Origin: Candidatus Caldarchaeum sp.
Lineage (GTDB): Archaea > Thermoproteota > Nitrososphaeria_A > Caldarchaeales > Caldarchaeaceae
Length of the DNA: 64,000 nucleotides
Direction: 5' to 3'
Assembly: GCA_038885755.1 (NCBI GenBank)
Contig: JAVZZH010000001.1
Location: 387,155-451,154, forward strand
A program made the translations under genes and the position numbers. The first letter of the stretch is position 1. The number at the start of each line of letters is the position of its first letter. Shown one piece after another: positions 1 through 8,776 of the stretch. The notes under the pieces were generated by a model. The model was given only the letters and a program-made list of their open reading frames with translations. It had not been told where the DNA came from and made no database searches.

Positions 1-1
1 C

Positions 2-454
2 GCGATAATGAACATGGTGGATTTGGTCGACGACCCGCGTGTGGTGCCCGGAGGCGGGGCTATCGAGGCGGAGCTTGCGAAGAACTTGAGGCTCAACGCC
101 GGTAAGTTCTCCGGCAAGGAGCAGCTGGCTTTCATGGCTTTCGCTGAAGCGCTCGAAGTCATTCCGAGAACGCTGGCGGAGAACGCTGGTCTCGAGCCTG
201 TTGAGATAATGGCCCAGCTGCGACACGCGCACGAGAACAACGGAAAAAGCGTCGGCGTCAACATATTCGGCGGAGGAGTTGCCGACATGCTCAAAAACGG
301 AGTAATCGAGCCGGCCAAAGTCAAGATACATGCGCTGAGGTCTAGCTTCGAAGCCTCTTCGATGATTCTACGCATCGACGACGTCGTCGCAGCATCCAAG
401 AAGAAAGAGGAGAAGGAGAAGAAGAAGGAGGAATCCGAAACTCCGGAGTTCTAA
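2..454 (+). CDS. ths: Thermosome (group II chaperonin) subunit, C-terminal fragment; gene starts upstream of window
   Basis: The frame is open from the window edge. It carries VPGGGAIEAELA and IEPAKVKIHALRSSFEASSMILRIDDVV equatorial-domain motifs and a Lys/Glu-rich tail typical of thermosomes. Confidence 0.9.
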   Translation, partial: AIMNMVDLVDDPRVVPGGGAIEAELAKNLRLNAGKFSGKEQLAFMAFAEALEVIPRTLAENAGLEPVEIMAQLRHAHENNGKSVGVNIFGGGVADMLKNGVIEPAKVKIHALRSSFEASSMILRIDDVVAASKKKEEKEKKKEESETPEF

Positions 455-456
455 AC

Positions 457-462
457 TTTTTT
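457..462 (+). terminator. T6 tract directly after thermosome stop (archaeal oligo-T terminator candidate)
   Basis: The sequence taaacTTTTTTaaac lies 3 nt after the stop codon. Archaeal termination commonly uses T-runs. Confidence 0.35.
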
Positions 463-505
463 AAACAACTACATATTTATTAGCTGAAATTTGCGACAGA
501 GCTCG

Positions 506-883
506 ATGAAAACGAGCCAAGCCTTGGGAGCTCTAGTGGGAGTCGGTGTTTTCGTGCAGATACTGCTGGGAGAGTCGGGGCTAGCCGCCGGCGTTCTCAG
601 GGACGTGCATGCGACGATAGGTTTGGCGGGTCTTGCGGTCGTCCTAGGTTATGCTTACGTCGGCAGGCGGAGCAGGGTCGCCCTAGCGATGGCTTCCATA
701 GTTGTTGTAATCACAATTGCTCAAGTTTTCCTAGGGCTATCGCTGTATGGCCTTCTTCCCTTGACGATGAGCCATTCAGCTCTGGAGGTAAGCCATAGGT
801 TCACGGCTTACGCTTTGTTCGCTGTAGGAATCGCTGTTAGCATCGTTGCAGTTGTTTTGAGAAGGAGGTCTTCCGCAGCCTAG
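506..883 (+). CDS. Small polytopic membrane protein, unknown function
   Basis: An ATG at 506 lies inside ORF 491..883. The protein has about four hydrophobic helices (LGALVGVGVFVQILLG, IGLAGLAVVLGYAYV, IVVVITIAQVFLGLSLYGLL, YALFAVGIAVSIVAVVL). No family was recognised. Confidence 0.6.
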   Translation: MKTSQALGALVGVGVFVQILLGESGLAAGVLRDVHATIGLAGLAVVLGYAYVGRRSRVALAMASIVVVITIAQVFLGLSLYGLLPLTMSHSALEVSHRFTAYALFAVGIAVSIVAVVLRRRSSAA

Positions 884-921
884 AGTTTCGTTTAAATCCG
901 AGAAATACACAACTACTGTTG

Positions 922-2127
922 ATGGTTTTCCCATTTTTTTCTCTACAAGATTTCAGCGTCGAGCTGACTGAGGAGCATGAAATATTCCGCAAGTCTGTGC
1001 GCGAGTTCGCCGAAAACGTTCTGGAGCGACATGTAGCCGAGATTGAGCGGACGAACAGGATCCCAGACCAGTTGATTGAGAAGGCGGCTGAGATGGGCTA
1101 CTTCGGCCTCGGCATACCTGAGGAATACGGCGGTCAGGGAGTCGACCTTGTCTCGGTCGCCATATACGTTGAGGAAATTTCAAGGGTGTGTCCAGCCTTC
1201 ACAGTCGCTACGCTGGTTCACAGGCTGTTCACCTACCCGGTGATGGTTTACGGGACAGACGAACAGCGACGCAAGTATCTTCCACCCCTTGCCTCTGGAA
1301 AGAAGCACGCAAGCCATGCGACCACCGAGCCGGGCGCTGGCTCAGACGTGGCGGGCATCCAGACGACCGCCGTCAGGAAGAATGGTGGCTGGGTGTTGAA
1401 CGGCCGAAAATACTTCATATCGGGGGCTGATAAAGCCGACTACTTCATAGTTCTAGCTAGGACTTCGCCGCCTCCCAGCAGGAAGGAGAGGAGCAAGGGA
1501 TTGACTTTCTTCATAGTCGAAAAGGGTGCTGAGGGTCTTAAGCTGGGCGAGAGAATTGAAGTGATGGGGATCCGGGGCAGTCATCCGTACGAGCTTATTC
1601 TGGACAACGTCTACGTGTCCGAGGATAGCGTGGTGGGTGAAGAGGGGCAGGGTTTCAAGATTGCGATGGACACCTACGACCATGGCAGGATTGGTGTAGC
1701 AGCGCAAGCGGTCGGCATCGCCCAAGCATGCTTCGAGAAAAGCCTGCAATACACGCTTCAGCGGAGAGCCTTCGAAAGACCTCTGATATACTTCCAAGCC
1801 GTCCAGTTTCACATCAGCGAGATCCTGACATACCTCGAGGCCGCCCGGCTGATGCTCTACTGGTCGTCGACCATGGCGATGAAGAATAGGCAGGGAGCGG
1901 TCATGGCCGCCTCCATGGCTAAGCTGTTCGCCACAGAGGCGGCTGAAAAAGCGGCTCTCAAAGCCATCTCGCTGCACGGCGGCGTGGGCGTGGCCACCGA
2001 CGGCATGGTCGAGAGGTTTCTGAGAGACACTCAGATACTGAAAACCTACGAAGGAGCCAACGACATACAGAAACTAGTAATACTTAGACAGATGCTCAAA
2101 ACAACTTTCGGAATGGATGTGGAATAA
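922..2127 (+). CDS. Acyl-CoA dehydrogenase
   Basis: This is a full-length ACAD-like protein of about 400 aa. Motifs include TEPGAGSDVAGIQTTA, YFISGADKADYFIVLA, the C-terminal GGVG...RFLRDTQILKTYEGANDIQ and the catalytic-base region YEG. Confidence 0.92.
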   Translation: MVFPFFSLQDFSVELTEEHEIFRKSVREFAENVLERHVAEIERTNRIPDQLIEKAAEMGYFGLGIPEEYGGQGVDLVSVAIYVEEISRVCPAFTVATLVHRLFTYPVMVYGTDEQRRKYLPPLASGKKHASHATTEPGAGSDVAGIQTTAVRKNGGWVLNGRKYFISGADKADYFIVLARTSPPPSRKERSKGLTFFIVEKGAEGLKLGERIEVMGIRGSHPYELILDNVYVSEDSVVGEEGQGFKIAMDTYDHGRIGVAAQAVGIAQACFEKSLQYTLQRRAFERPLIYFQAVQFHISEILTYLEAARLMLYWSSTMAMKNRQGAVMAASMAKLFATEAAEKAALKAISLHGGVGVATDGMVERFLRDTQILKTYEGANDIQKLVILRQMLKTTFGMDVE

Positions 2128-2178
2128 CCTTCCACAAACTTTTTTAGTAAACCACTACACGTTTGTCGAGGGAAGCCG

Positions 2179-2724
2179 ATGAACCATCTCCTCAAATTAG
2201 CTTCCGCCGCCTTAGCCAGCTTCGCCATAATATTCCTTCTCTCAACTCTCGAGTTCACAGCGGAGCAGCCCATTCAGCTGGTCGTTGCGGCTGTGGTCTT
2301 AGCAGCCGTAGCAGCCGGCTTCGCTGGAAGATCCCCGTTTAGGGCTGCTGTGGGAGTCTTAATTGGCGGGGCGGCGGCTTTTACGCTGGCGTATTTCTGG
2401 GGCGTTAGGCTCTGGTCTCCTTCACCCGTACCCTCAGACCTACCTGTCGTAAGGATGATGCTCATAGGGGGCACCGCACTTCTGGCCGCCGGAGTCGGGC
2501 TTGTGGCCTCGGAAATTATATCTAAGCCCAAGCCGTCGGGTTTGAAGGAGGAGAAGCCGAAGCCGGTGAAGCAGCCTGTCGTCGAGCTTGAGGTTGTCAA
2601 GAAAGAGGTTCGAGATGTTGTTCAGGAGCCGGGAAACAGAGTTTGCAAGTTCTGCGAAAGCGTGATTCCAGCAGAGTCTGTCTTCTGCCCCATGTGCGGG
2701 GCAAAGCTGGTTGAAGCAGAGTGA
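2179..2724 (+). CDS. Membrane protein with C-terminal zinc-ribbon (CxxC...CxxC)
   Basis: It has four or five hydrophobic segments, a Lys/Pro/Glu linker, then CKFCESVIPAESVFCPMCGAKL. Its stop overlaps the helicase start (gagTGATGATGg). Confidence 0.7.
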   Translation: MNHLLKLASAALASFAIIFLLSTLEFTAEQPIQLVVAAVVLAAVAAGFAGRSPFRAAVGVLIGGAAAFTLAYFWGVRLWSPSPVPSDLPVVRMMLIGGTALLAAGVGLVASEIISKPKPSGLKEEKPKPVKQPVVELEVVKKEVRDVVQEPGNRVCKFCESVIPAESVFCPMCGAKLVEAE

Positions 2725-5573
2725 TGATGGACGGGAAATCTGCATCGGTGCTCAGCCTGCTGGTTAAGCCGCTTCAGGAAGCTGTTCTGGAGAGGTTCAG
2801 CGAGCTCACCGAGCCTCAGATCCAGAGCATTCCGAAGATACTCGAGGGTGAAAACCTCCTGCTGATGGCTCCCACGGGCACTGGGAAGACTGAGGCGGCG
2901 GTCATACCGCTGCTGAACAGGCTTCTGACGCAGCCGGGTGGAGAAGGGGTCAGGATGCTTTACATCACGCCGTTGAGAGCTCTCAACCGAGACCTTCTCG
3001 AAAGGGTGGAGTGGTGGGCCGCAAGGCTAGACATGACAGTGGGCGTGAGGCACGGCGATACGCTCCAGAGGGAGAGAAGAACCCAGACGCTAATGCCTCC
3101 AACCATCCTCATCACAACGCCCGAAACTCTCCAGATACTCCTAACAGCCCGCACCTTCCGTCAACATCTAAGACACGTAGAGGCGGTCGTCGTGGACGAG
3201 GTTCACGAGCTCGCCGGAGACAAAAGAGGCGCACAGCTATCGGTTGCGTTGGAGAGACTGGTCGAGATTACTGGAAGAGATTTTCAGAGGATCGGCCTAT
3301 CCGCCACCGTAGGCAGCCCTCAGAAGGTTGCATCCTTCCTAGCCGGCTGCGGAAGACGATGCAGCATCGTGAGGGTTCCGGTCGTCAGACAACTACAAAT
3401 CACAGTCGAGTATCCCACCCCGTCTCCAGAGGATTACCAGCTGGCTGAGATGCTGTCCATCTATCCGGACGTGGCGGCTCGAATGAGTCTGATCAAAACG
3501 TTAGTCGACAGCCACGAGTCGACGCTTGTATTCACCAACACACGTCCATTAGCCGAGGTTTTGACTAACAGGTTTAGGGCCTGGGACGAAGCTGCCCCCA
3601 TAGGTATTCACCACGGAAGTCTGTCGAAATCAACCCGGGTGGGTGCTGAGCAGGCTCTCAAGACTGGAGGTCTTTCGGGTGTTGTGTGCACGTCCTCTCT
3701 CGAGATGGGAATAGACGTCGGTAGGATCGAGCTCTGCATACAGTACAACTCGCCCCGTGAAGTCTCACGGCTCATCCAGAGGGTTGGAAGAAGCGGCCAT
3801 ACAATAAAACGGACGGCGAAAGGCGTGATAATTGTTGCGGATTCGGATGACGCTCTGGAAAGTCTGGTGATAGTCAGGAGAGCGCTTGAGGACGAGCTGG
3901 AGCCGACCGAGATTTTCGAAAACTCTTTCGACGTTCTGGCCCACCAGATAGCCGGGCTTGTGATAGAACGGGGTGAAATACATGTTGAAAACCTCGTCAA
4001 CATCCTGAGGCGTTCACACTGCTTTAGAAACATAGGGCCAGAGCAGGTCCTCAAGGTTGCTCAGCATCTCGAGAAACTCGGAGCCGTCTTGATAACGACG
4101 GAGAACATCATAACCCGGGGAGTCAAGCGCACGGTCCTGTACGACTACTACTTCAGCAACCTATCCATGATACCTGAGGAGAAACAATACCTTGTTGTGA
4201 ACGAGTCGACAGGCGAAGCCGTGGGAATACTCGACGAAGAGTTTGTAGCAGAGCACGGTGAGCCCGGAACAAGGTTCATACTGATGGGTAAAGCTTGGGA
4301 GATAATTCAGACCTCCAGCGAAAGAATCTATGTTGCGCCGCTGGAAAGCCTTGAAGGAGCTGTTCCCTCTTGGGTGGGCGACGAGATACCCGTACCGTAC
4401 CAAGTCGCTGAAGAAGTTGGAAGAATCAGGCGGGTTTATGCGGAGGCTTTACAGGCTGAAAAAGCCGACACGGCTCTGTCCGAGCTCTCCCAAGTCTATA
4501 GAACAGACATATCTTTGCTTAAAAAATCCCTCAGAGAGGTTGAGCAGCATCTTCGTCTTGGAATTCCAGTCCCCTCGGACAAGGTTTTCGTCCTCGAGGA
4601 GACCCCTCAGTACGTGGTTCTCCACATTACGGGAGGGCTGAAGGCTAACAGGACGATTTCGAGAGTTCTGGCGCATCGTCTAGCTTCGAGAACTGGGGCT
4701 GCGGTTGCGGTTCAGCAGGATGCCTACAGGATTGTCTTCGAGTCGAGGGAGATCGACGCAGACATGGTTGAAGACGAGTTGAAGAAGCTGCTGGAAGGAG
4801 ACTGGGCTGAAACCGTCGCTAGGGCGGTTGAGTCGTCGAGCCTTTTCAGGAGAAGGCTTGTGCACGTGGCTCGCAAGATGGGCGTGCTCAGCCGGGAGGC
4901 CAGCATACTCGACGTCAGCGCAGTCAAGCTCGCTGAGATGCTTAAGGACACGGTTGTCTACGAGGAAGCGGTCAACCACAGCCTCGTCGCAGACTTCGAC
5001 TCCACGACAGCCCTCACACTGGTAAATAGAATCGTCCAAGGGAGTACGGGTCTGGTTAAAGTGCGGCTTGAATCTCCCTCGCCTCTGGCCATGCTTACCA
5101 TAAACAGGTACAGCAGCGACATGGACGTCGTGGCTTCCGACAGGCTTGAGAAGCTTGTGCTTAACGCTGTGAGGGGAAGGCTGAACAACGAACCCATTAC
5201 CTTGGTGTGTGTTTCTTGCTGGAACTGGTACAGGCGATGCTTCGTCAAAGAGCTTGAGTCACGGCCTGTGTGCGGGTCGTGCGAGTCTACGAGGCTTGGA
5301 GTTTTGACCGTGGAGCCGGAGGAGTTGATGAACCTTCTCGCAAGGCGTGGCAAACCCTCCAACAGGAAGGAGCGTGGCATCCGGTCTCAAGCCGTCAAGA
5401 CAGCGGAGTTGGTGGACAGGTATGGGAAGGCAGCTGTTTTCACGCTTGCAAGCAAGTACCTCTCGCTAGGAGACGCCTCCGAGATCCTTGGTCAGGAGTC
5501 AAGCTTGGGGTCTAGGCTTGTCGAGCTCATCGTCGAGAGAGAGCGTAAAAAAATTCAGGAAATGTTCAGATAG
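2721..5573 (+). CDS. lhr: Lhr-like superfamily-2 DEAD/DEAH-box helicase (Lhr-core type, with C-terminal Cys cluster)
   Basis: Helicase motifs are APTGTGKTEAA (I), VVDEVHEL (II), GLSATVG (III), HHGSLS, TSSLEMGIDVG and QRVGRSGH (VI). A long DEAD-associated C-terminal region contains CVSCWNW...CGSCES. The start is ambiguous (GTG 2721, ATG 2724 or ATG 2727). Confidence 0.92.
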   Translation: MMMDGKSASVLSLLVKPLQEAVLERFSELTEPQIQSIPKILEGENLLLMAPTGTGKTEAAVIPLLNRLLTQPGGEGVRMLYITPLRALNRDLLERVEWWAARLDMTVGVRHGDTLQRERRTQTLMPPTILITTPETLQILLTARTFRQHLRHVEAVVVDEVHELAGDKRGAQLSVALERLVEITGRDFQRIGLSATVGSPQKVASFLAGCGRRCSIVRVPVVRQLQITVEYPTPSPEDYQLAEMLSIYPDVAARMSLIKTLVDSHESTLVFTNTRPLAEVLTNRFRAWDEAAPIGIHHGSLSKSTRVGAEQALKTGGLSGVVCTSSLEMGIDVGRIELCIQYNSPREVSRLIQRVGRSGHTIKRTAKGVIIVADSDDALESLVIVRRALEDELEPTEIFENSFDVLAHQIAGLVIERGEIHVENLVNILRRSHCFRNIGPEQVLKVAQHLEKLGAVLITTENIITRGVKRTVLYDYYFSNLSMIPEEKQYLVVNESTGEAVGILDEEFVAEHGEPGTRFILMGKAWEIIQTSSERIYVAPLESLEGAVPSWVGDEIPVPYQVAEEVGRIRRVYAEALQAEKADTALSELSQVYRTDISLLKKSLREVEQHLRLGIPVPSDKVFVLEETPQYVVLHITGGLKANRTISRVLAHRLASRTGAAVAVQQDAYRIVFESREIDADMVEDELKKLLEGDWAETVARAVESSSLFRRRLVHVARKMGVLSREASILDVSAVKLAEMLKDTVVYEEAVNHSLVADFDSTTALTLVNRIVQGSTGLVKVRLESPSPLAMLTINRYSSDMDVVASDRLEKLVLNAVRGRLNNEPITLVCVSCWNWYRRCFVKELESRPVCGSCESTRLGVLTVEPEELMNLLARRGKPSNRKERGIRSQAVKTAELVDRYGKAAVFTLASKYLSLGDASEILGQESSLGSRLVELIVERERKKIQEMFR

Positions 5574-6165
5574 GCTTCTCCTCTCCCAGCCCTTTTGAGA
5601 TGCTTGAGATAGCTTTTATCAACTCTTTCTGGTCGACCTCAGCTAGGGCCCTCCATCCCACGGCGAGCATGCCGTCGCCGAGGTCCATCAGGTATCCACG
5701 TCTGACAAACCTTTCAAGAGCAGCCTCGACACGCCACTTTGGAAGCTTCGACTCCAGCAAATCCGTCAAATCTTTCTTTGGAGCCTTACCGCCGCGAGTA
5801 AACAAGACGGCTAAAGAAGTAGACAACACCGCTAGGTCGTCTATCCTCCAGCCTGCAGCAACTATGTCCGACAAGCTCAGCGGGTCAGCCAGAGTGATGA
5901 AGTACCGAGCCCTGTCGTAGTCCTCCTCCGACGGCTCCTTGTCGGAAGGTGTTTCGAACAGCGTCTTCACCCTCAAGCCGAGCGGTTCGAGCCTATGGTT
6001 CAGGCTCTCCAGCACCTTCAGGTAGTTTTTACCGACTCTTCTCCGCAGCTCGTACCCCCTAACTCCGGGAAGCCTGTGGCTCGTGAACAGAAGCATCGCC
6101 ATAGCCGTCGAAAGCTTCTTCCTCGCAGCCGTCTGCTCTGGAGAGGCCTCAGTCAAGCACCCCAC
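5566..6165 (-). CDS. Tandem winged-helix protein, kite-like (ScpB / Nse3-MAGE-like pattern); third gene of SMC-like operon
   Basis: This 199-aa protein has two wH-like halves (AMAMLLFTSHRLPGVRGYELRRRVGKNYLKVLESLNHRLEPLGLRV and LAVLFTRGGKAPKKDLTDLLESKLPKWRVEAALERFVRRGYLM). It overlaps the upstream kleisin-like gene by 17 nt. The family assignment rests on pattern similarity only. Confidence 0.65.
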   Translation of the reverse strand: MGCLTEASPEQTAARKKLSTAMAMLLFTSHRLPGVRGYELRRRVGKNYLKVLESLNHRLEPLGLRVKTLFETPSDKEPSEEDYDRARYFITLADPLSLSDIVAAGWRIDDLAVLSTSLAVLFTRGGKAPKKDLTDLLESKLPKWRVEAALERFVRRGYLMDLGDGMLAVGWRALAEVDQKELIKAISSISKGLGEEKPI

Positions 6166-6931
6166 CCTTCTTCAGCACTACAACCATCGAGGCAACGTTC
6201 CCTCTCTTAACCTTCTTCTCCAACGGTCTCAGAGTTATTTGGCCAGTCAACGGGTTCCTCGACGCCTCCGCAAGCCCTTCGCTCAGCAGAAAGGCTGTCA
6301 AGTAGGCCCTTTCGAAAACCTTCTCAACGCCCTCCTTCATGACGAAGGACTTGTAGTCGAGGACGCCTTCCTCGTTCCTCTGCTCGAGCATTTCACGGTG
6401 AAGACGCGTCATATCGCTCTCCAGCAAGCTTCTCTCGCTGAAAACCCATCCTGCCACGGTCTCGCCGGTGCCGAGGCCTGTCTCCGAGCTTGACGGTTTC
6501 CATGAAGCTCTTGAGGGGAGGCTCATGAAGTACTCGATGCCTGAAACCGCCATCCCCAACGTTAGCTGCTCAGCGGTAGCTATGGGCCTCCAGCTGCTCG
6601 CCAGCGCTTCAGCCAGAGACTTCTTGTCTGCTTCGAGAACTTTGACGACTATTGTTTGAGCGTCGACGAACAGGGATGAGGCTCTGTCCTTAAGCCATTT
6701 GTGCTGGAGAGCTATGACCGTCGCTATTCTATAAATCGTCTCAGCGTCGAGGACCAGCAGGTCCGTGTTTTCGAATCTTTCAGCGATGGCCCTTAGCTTC
6801 ATCAGCATGTTTTTAATGTCCAGCGAGTAGGGGTCTGTGCCCGTCCTAGCGACAGAGTCGCACAGGGAAATGAGTTTCTCCAACTCCTCCCTAGCTAGTT
6901 TCAAGCTTTTCACTAGGCACCGCCTCCGCAA
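6149..6931 (-). CDS. Kleisin-like protein (ScpA-like architecture); second gene of SMC-like operon
   Basis: This 260-aa protein has an N-terminal helical segment (DPYSLDIKNMLMKLRAI...AETIYRIATVIALQHKWL) and a C-terminal wH-like segment (FERAYLTAFLLSEGLAEASRNPLTGQITLRPL), as in ScpA. It overlaps the SMC-like gene end. Alternative starts are GTG 6913 and TTG 6904. Confidence 0.65.
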   Translation of the reverse strand: MRRRCLVKSLKLAREELEKLISLCDSVARTGTDPYSLDIKNMLMKLRAIAERFENTDLLVLDAETIYRIATVIALQHKWLKDRASSLFVDAQTIVVKVLEADKKSLAEALASSWRPIATAEQLTLGMAVSGIEYFMSLPSRASWKPSSSETGLGTGETVAGWVFSERSLLESDMTRLHREMLEQRNEEGVLDYKSFVMKEGVEKVFERAYLTAFLLSEGLAEASRNPLTGQITLRPLEKKVKRGNVASMVVVLKKGGVLD

Positions 6932-8636
6932 CAGACACCTCAGACCTGCCTCTCACGTTCTGGACGAGTATCACGTTCATGTCGCTGCTGTAGGGAAGCC
7001 TGCCGGGAGTGATGATGATGTACTGGGCTTCGCCATCCCTGCCAGCCGTTGCCGTTAGGATGTTGATTATTCTCTCCCTATTGAGCGGGTCTAGATGAAC
7101 GTCGAACTCGTCGACAGCCCTGAAGGGAGACTTGATGTGTTTCTGGAGAGCGAGCAGAAAAGCCATCGTCGCTACGATCCGCTCGCCTCCGCTCTGCGTG
7201 TGTGCGTTCAGAAGAGTCGGCTCGACACCTCTGAACCCCACGTATATCTCAACAGAGGCCTTGTCTATGTCGTGGAGGTTCCTCAGCTCGATTTTACCCG
7301 AGCCGCCGACCAGAGATAAAATCCTCCTATACTCGGGCTCAACCGACTGTATGAGGTTTCGGACGAAGCTGCGCCACTTCTCCTTCCTGAACTCGGTCTC
7401 CTCCAACGCTTTCCGAGCGTTCTCGCTCAACTGCCTAGCCTTTAGCTCAGCTTCTCGAAACTTCGCCTCAGCCAGCATGAACATTTGCTCAGCCTGCATC
7501 GAAGGCTTACCGAGAGAAGCCAGCTGAAGCTCCACCGCTTTCAGTTCATCCAAAACCTCAACAGGCTTCCGCCCAGTCTCAATCCTCTGACTTCTGGATA
7601 ACGCTTCAGCAACCCTTCTCGCCAACTCTTTCTCAGCCGCCGCCAGCTCGTACTTGATGTCCCTCAACTCCGTCTCACGCATCTCCTTGAATGCTTCAGC
7701 TCTTCCAAGCTTTTGAGCGGCCTTAACTACTGCGTCAACATACTCTTCTAGGCCTGTATTCATGCTCTCTGACCTTATCTGTTGCAGCAACCGTGTACGG
7801 GCCGTTTCAGTCTCGTGAGCCGCGTCGCCAACCTCTCTGCCCAGCTTCTCAACATCCCTAACGACCGCCATCATCCTCTCAGCAAGCCTGTCCCTCGACT
7901 TCTCCGCCTCTCTCACCAAAGACCAGAGATGCTCGGCCTCCAGCACTGATTTACGCTCCTCCAGCTCTCGGACCAGCGTAAGCTTTTTGTATTCCTCCCG
8001 CCAGAAATCAACAGCCGCCCCAGCATCCTCGAGCGTCTTCCTCAACACAGTCTCCTCGGCGAGAAGGGCTGTGAGCTTCTGCTCCGCCTCCTTTATCCTC
8101 TCCCTCAAACCAGAAGCCCCTACAGCTTCCTCTATCATGGCCAGCTTCTCAACGCTGTCCCTGCTGACGAACTGCTCGATCATGTTTTGATGCATTATTA
8201 TCAGAATGTTGTCAGGGTTTATTCCAACCCTGGCCAATAGGTTCTCCACTTCAGCCTTCGTCCTGAACTTGTTGTTGACGTAGTGCCAGTACTCTCCGTT
8301 TTTCTTCAAAAACCTAGCTATCGACACAGAGTCGGACTGGATGGAGGGTATCGGCCTACGACCGTCGACAGGCTTGTTGTCCAGAACCACGACCACCCGG
8401 GCCGCGTCCATCCCTCTTCTTATCAAGTCGCTCAGCCGTTGGCCACGCTCCGTGTACGACTGGCCTAGGGCCACGGATATGGCTAGAAGAATGGATGATT
8501 TGCCTGCGCCGTTAGGGCCTACTATGACGTTGAGGCCGTTGGTCAGCTGGATGCGGCTGTACTCGTGGGACATGAAATTCTCTAGGATAACCTCTCTGAT
8601 GTAGGGCCTTGGCAGGTTCTCCGGGCTGGTCGTCAA
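6891..8636 (-). CDS. Short SMC-family ATPase, SMC5/6-like head, hinge-less (581 aa)
   Basis: The N-terminus reads YIREVILENFMSHEYSRIQL...GPNGAGKSS (Walker A). The signature motif is QSGGER and the Walker B motif is FRAVDEFDVHLD. QYIIITPG sits at the H-loop position. About 275 aa of heptad-rich coiled coil separate the head halves. The protein has no cysteine, so no Rad50 zinc hook, and no globular hinge. Confidence 0.85.
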   Translation of the reverse strand: MTTSPENLPRPYIREVILENFMSHEYSRIQLTNGLNVIVGPNGAGKSSILLAISVALGQSYTERGQRLSDLIRRGMDAARVVVVLDNKPVDGRRPIPSIQSDSVSIARFLKKNGEYWHYVNNKFRTKAEVENLLARVGINPDNILIIMHQNMIEQFVSRDSVEKLAMIEEAVGASGLRERIKEAEQKLTALLAEETVLRKTLEDAGAAVDFWREEYKKLTLVRELEERKSVLEAEHLWSLVREAEKSRDRLAERMMAVVRDVEKLGREVGDAAHETETARTRLLQQIRSESMNTGLEEYVDAVVKAAQKLGRAEAFKEMRETELRDIKYELAAAEKELARRVAEALSRSQRIETGRKPVEVLDELKAVELQLASLGKPSMQAEQMFMLAEAKFREAELKARQLSENARKALEETEFRKEKWRSFVRNLIQSVEPEYRRILSLVGGSGKIELRNLHDIDKASVEIYVGFRGVEPTLLNAHTQSGGERIVATMAFLLALQKHIKSPFRAVDEFDVHLDPLNRERIINILTATAGRDGEAQYIIITPGRLPYSSDMNVILVQNVRGRSEVSVAEAVPSEKLETS

Positions 8637-8776
8637 TCCTTCCGGCCTGCCTACGACTGAGGATAATATAAACTACCATCAACTCTCAAATCATACCGAT
8701 GTATGTCGTGGACAATTATGCCGGCCGCCGAACTCGCTAACATATATAGACACGTTTCAGGCACCCCCGTCTAAGC

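Noticed and set aside
5566-8636. Calling the SMC-like operon a Wadjet (JetABCD) defence system
   Set aside because: No JetD/Toprim-like nuclease gene is present. The ATPase head motifs look SMC5/6-like rather than MukB-like. Defence remains only one hypothesis within the finding, not an annotation.
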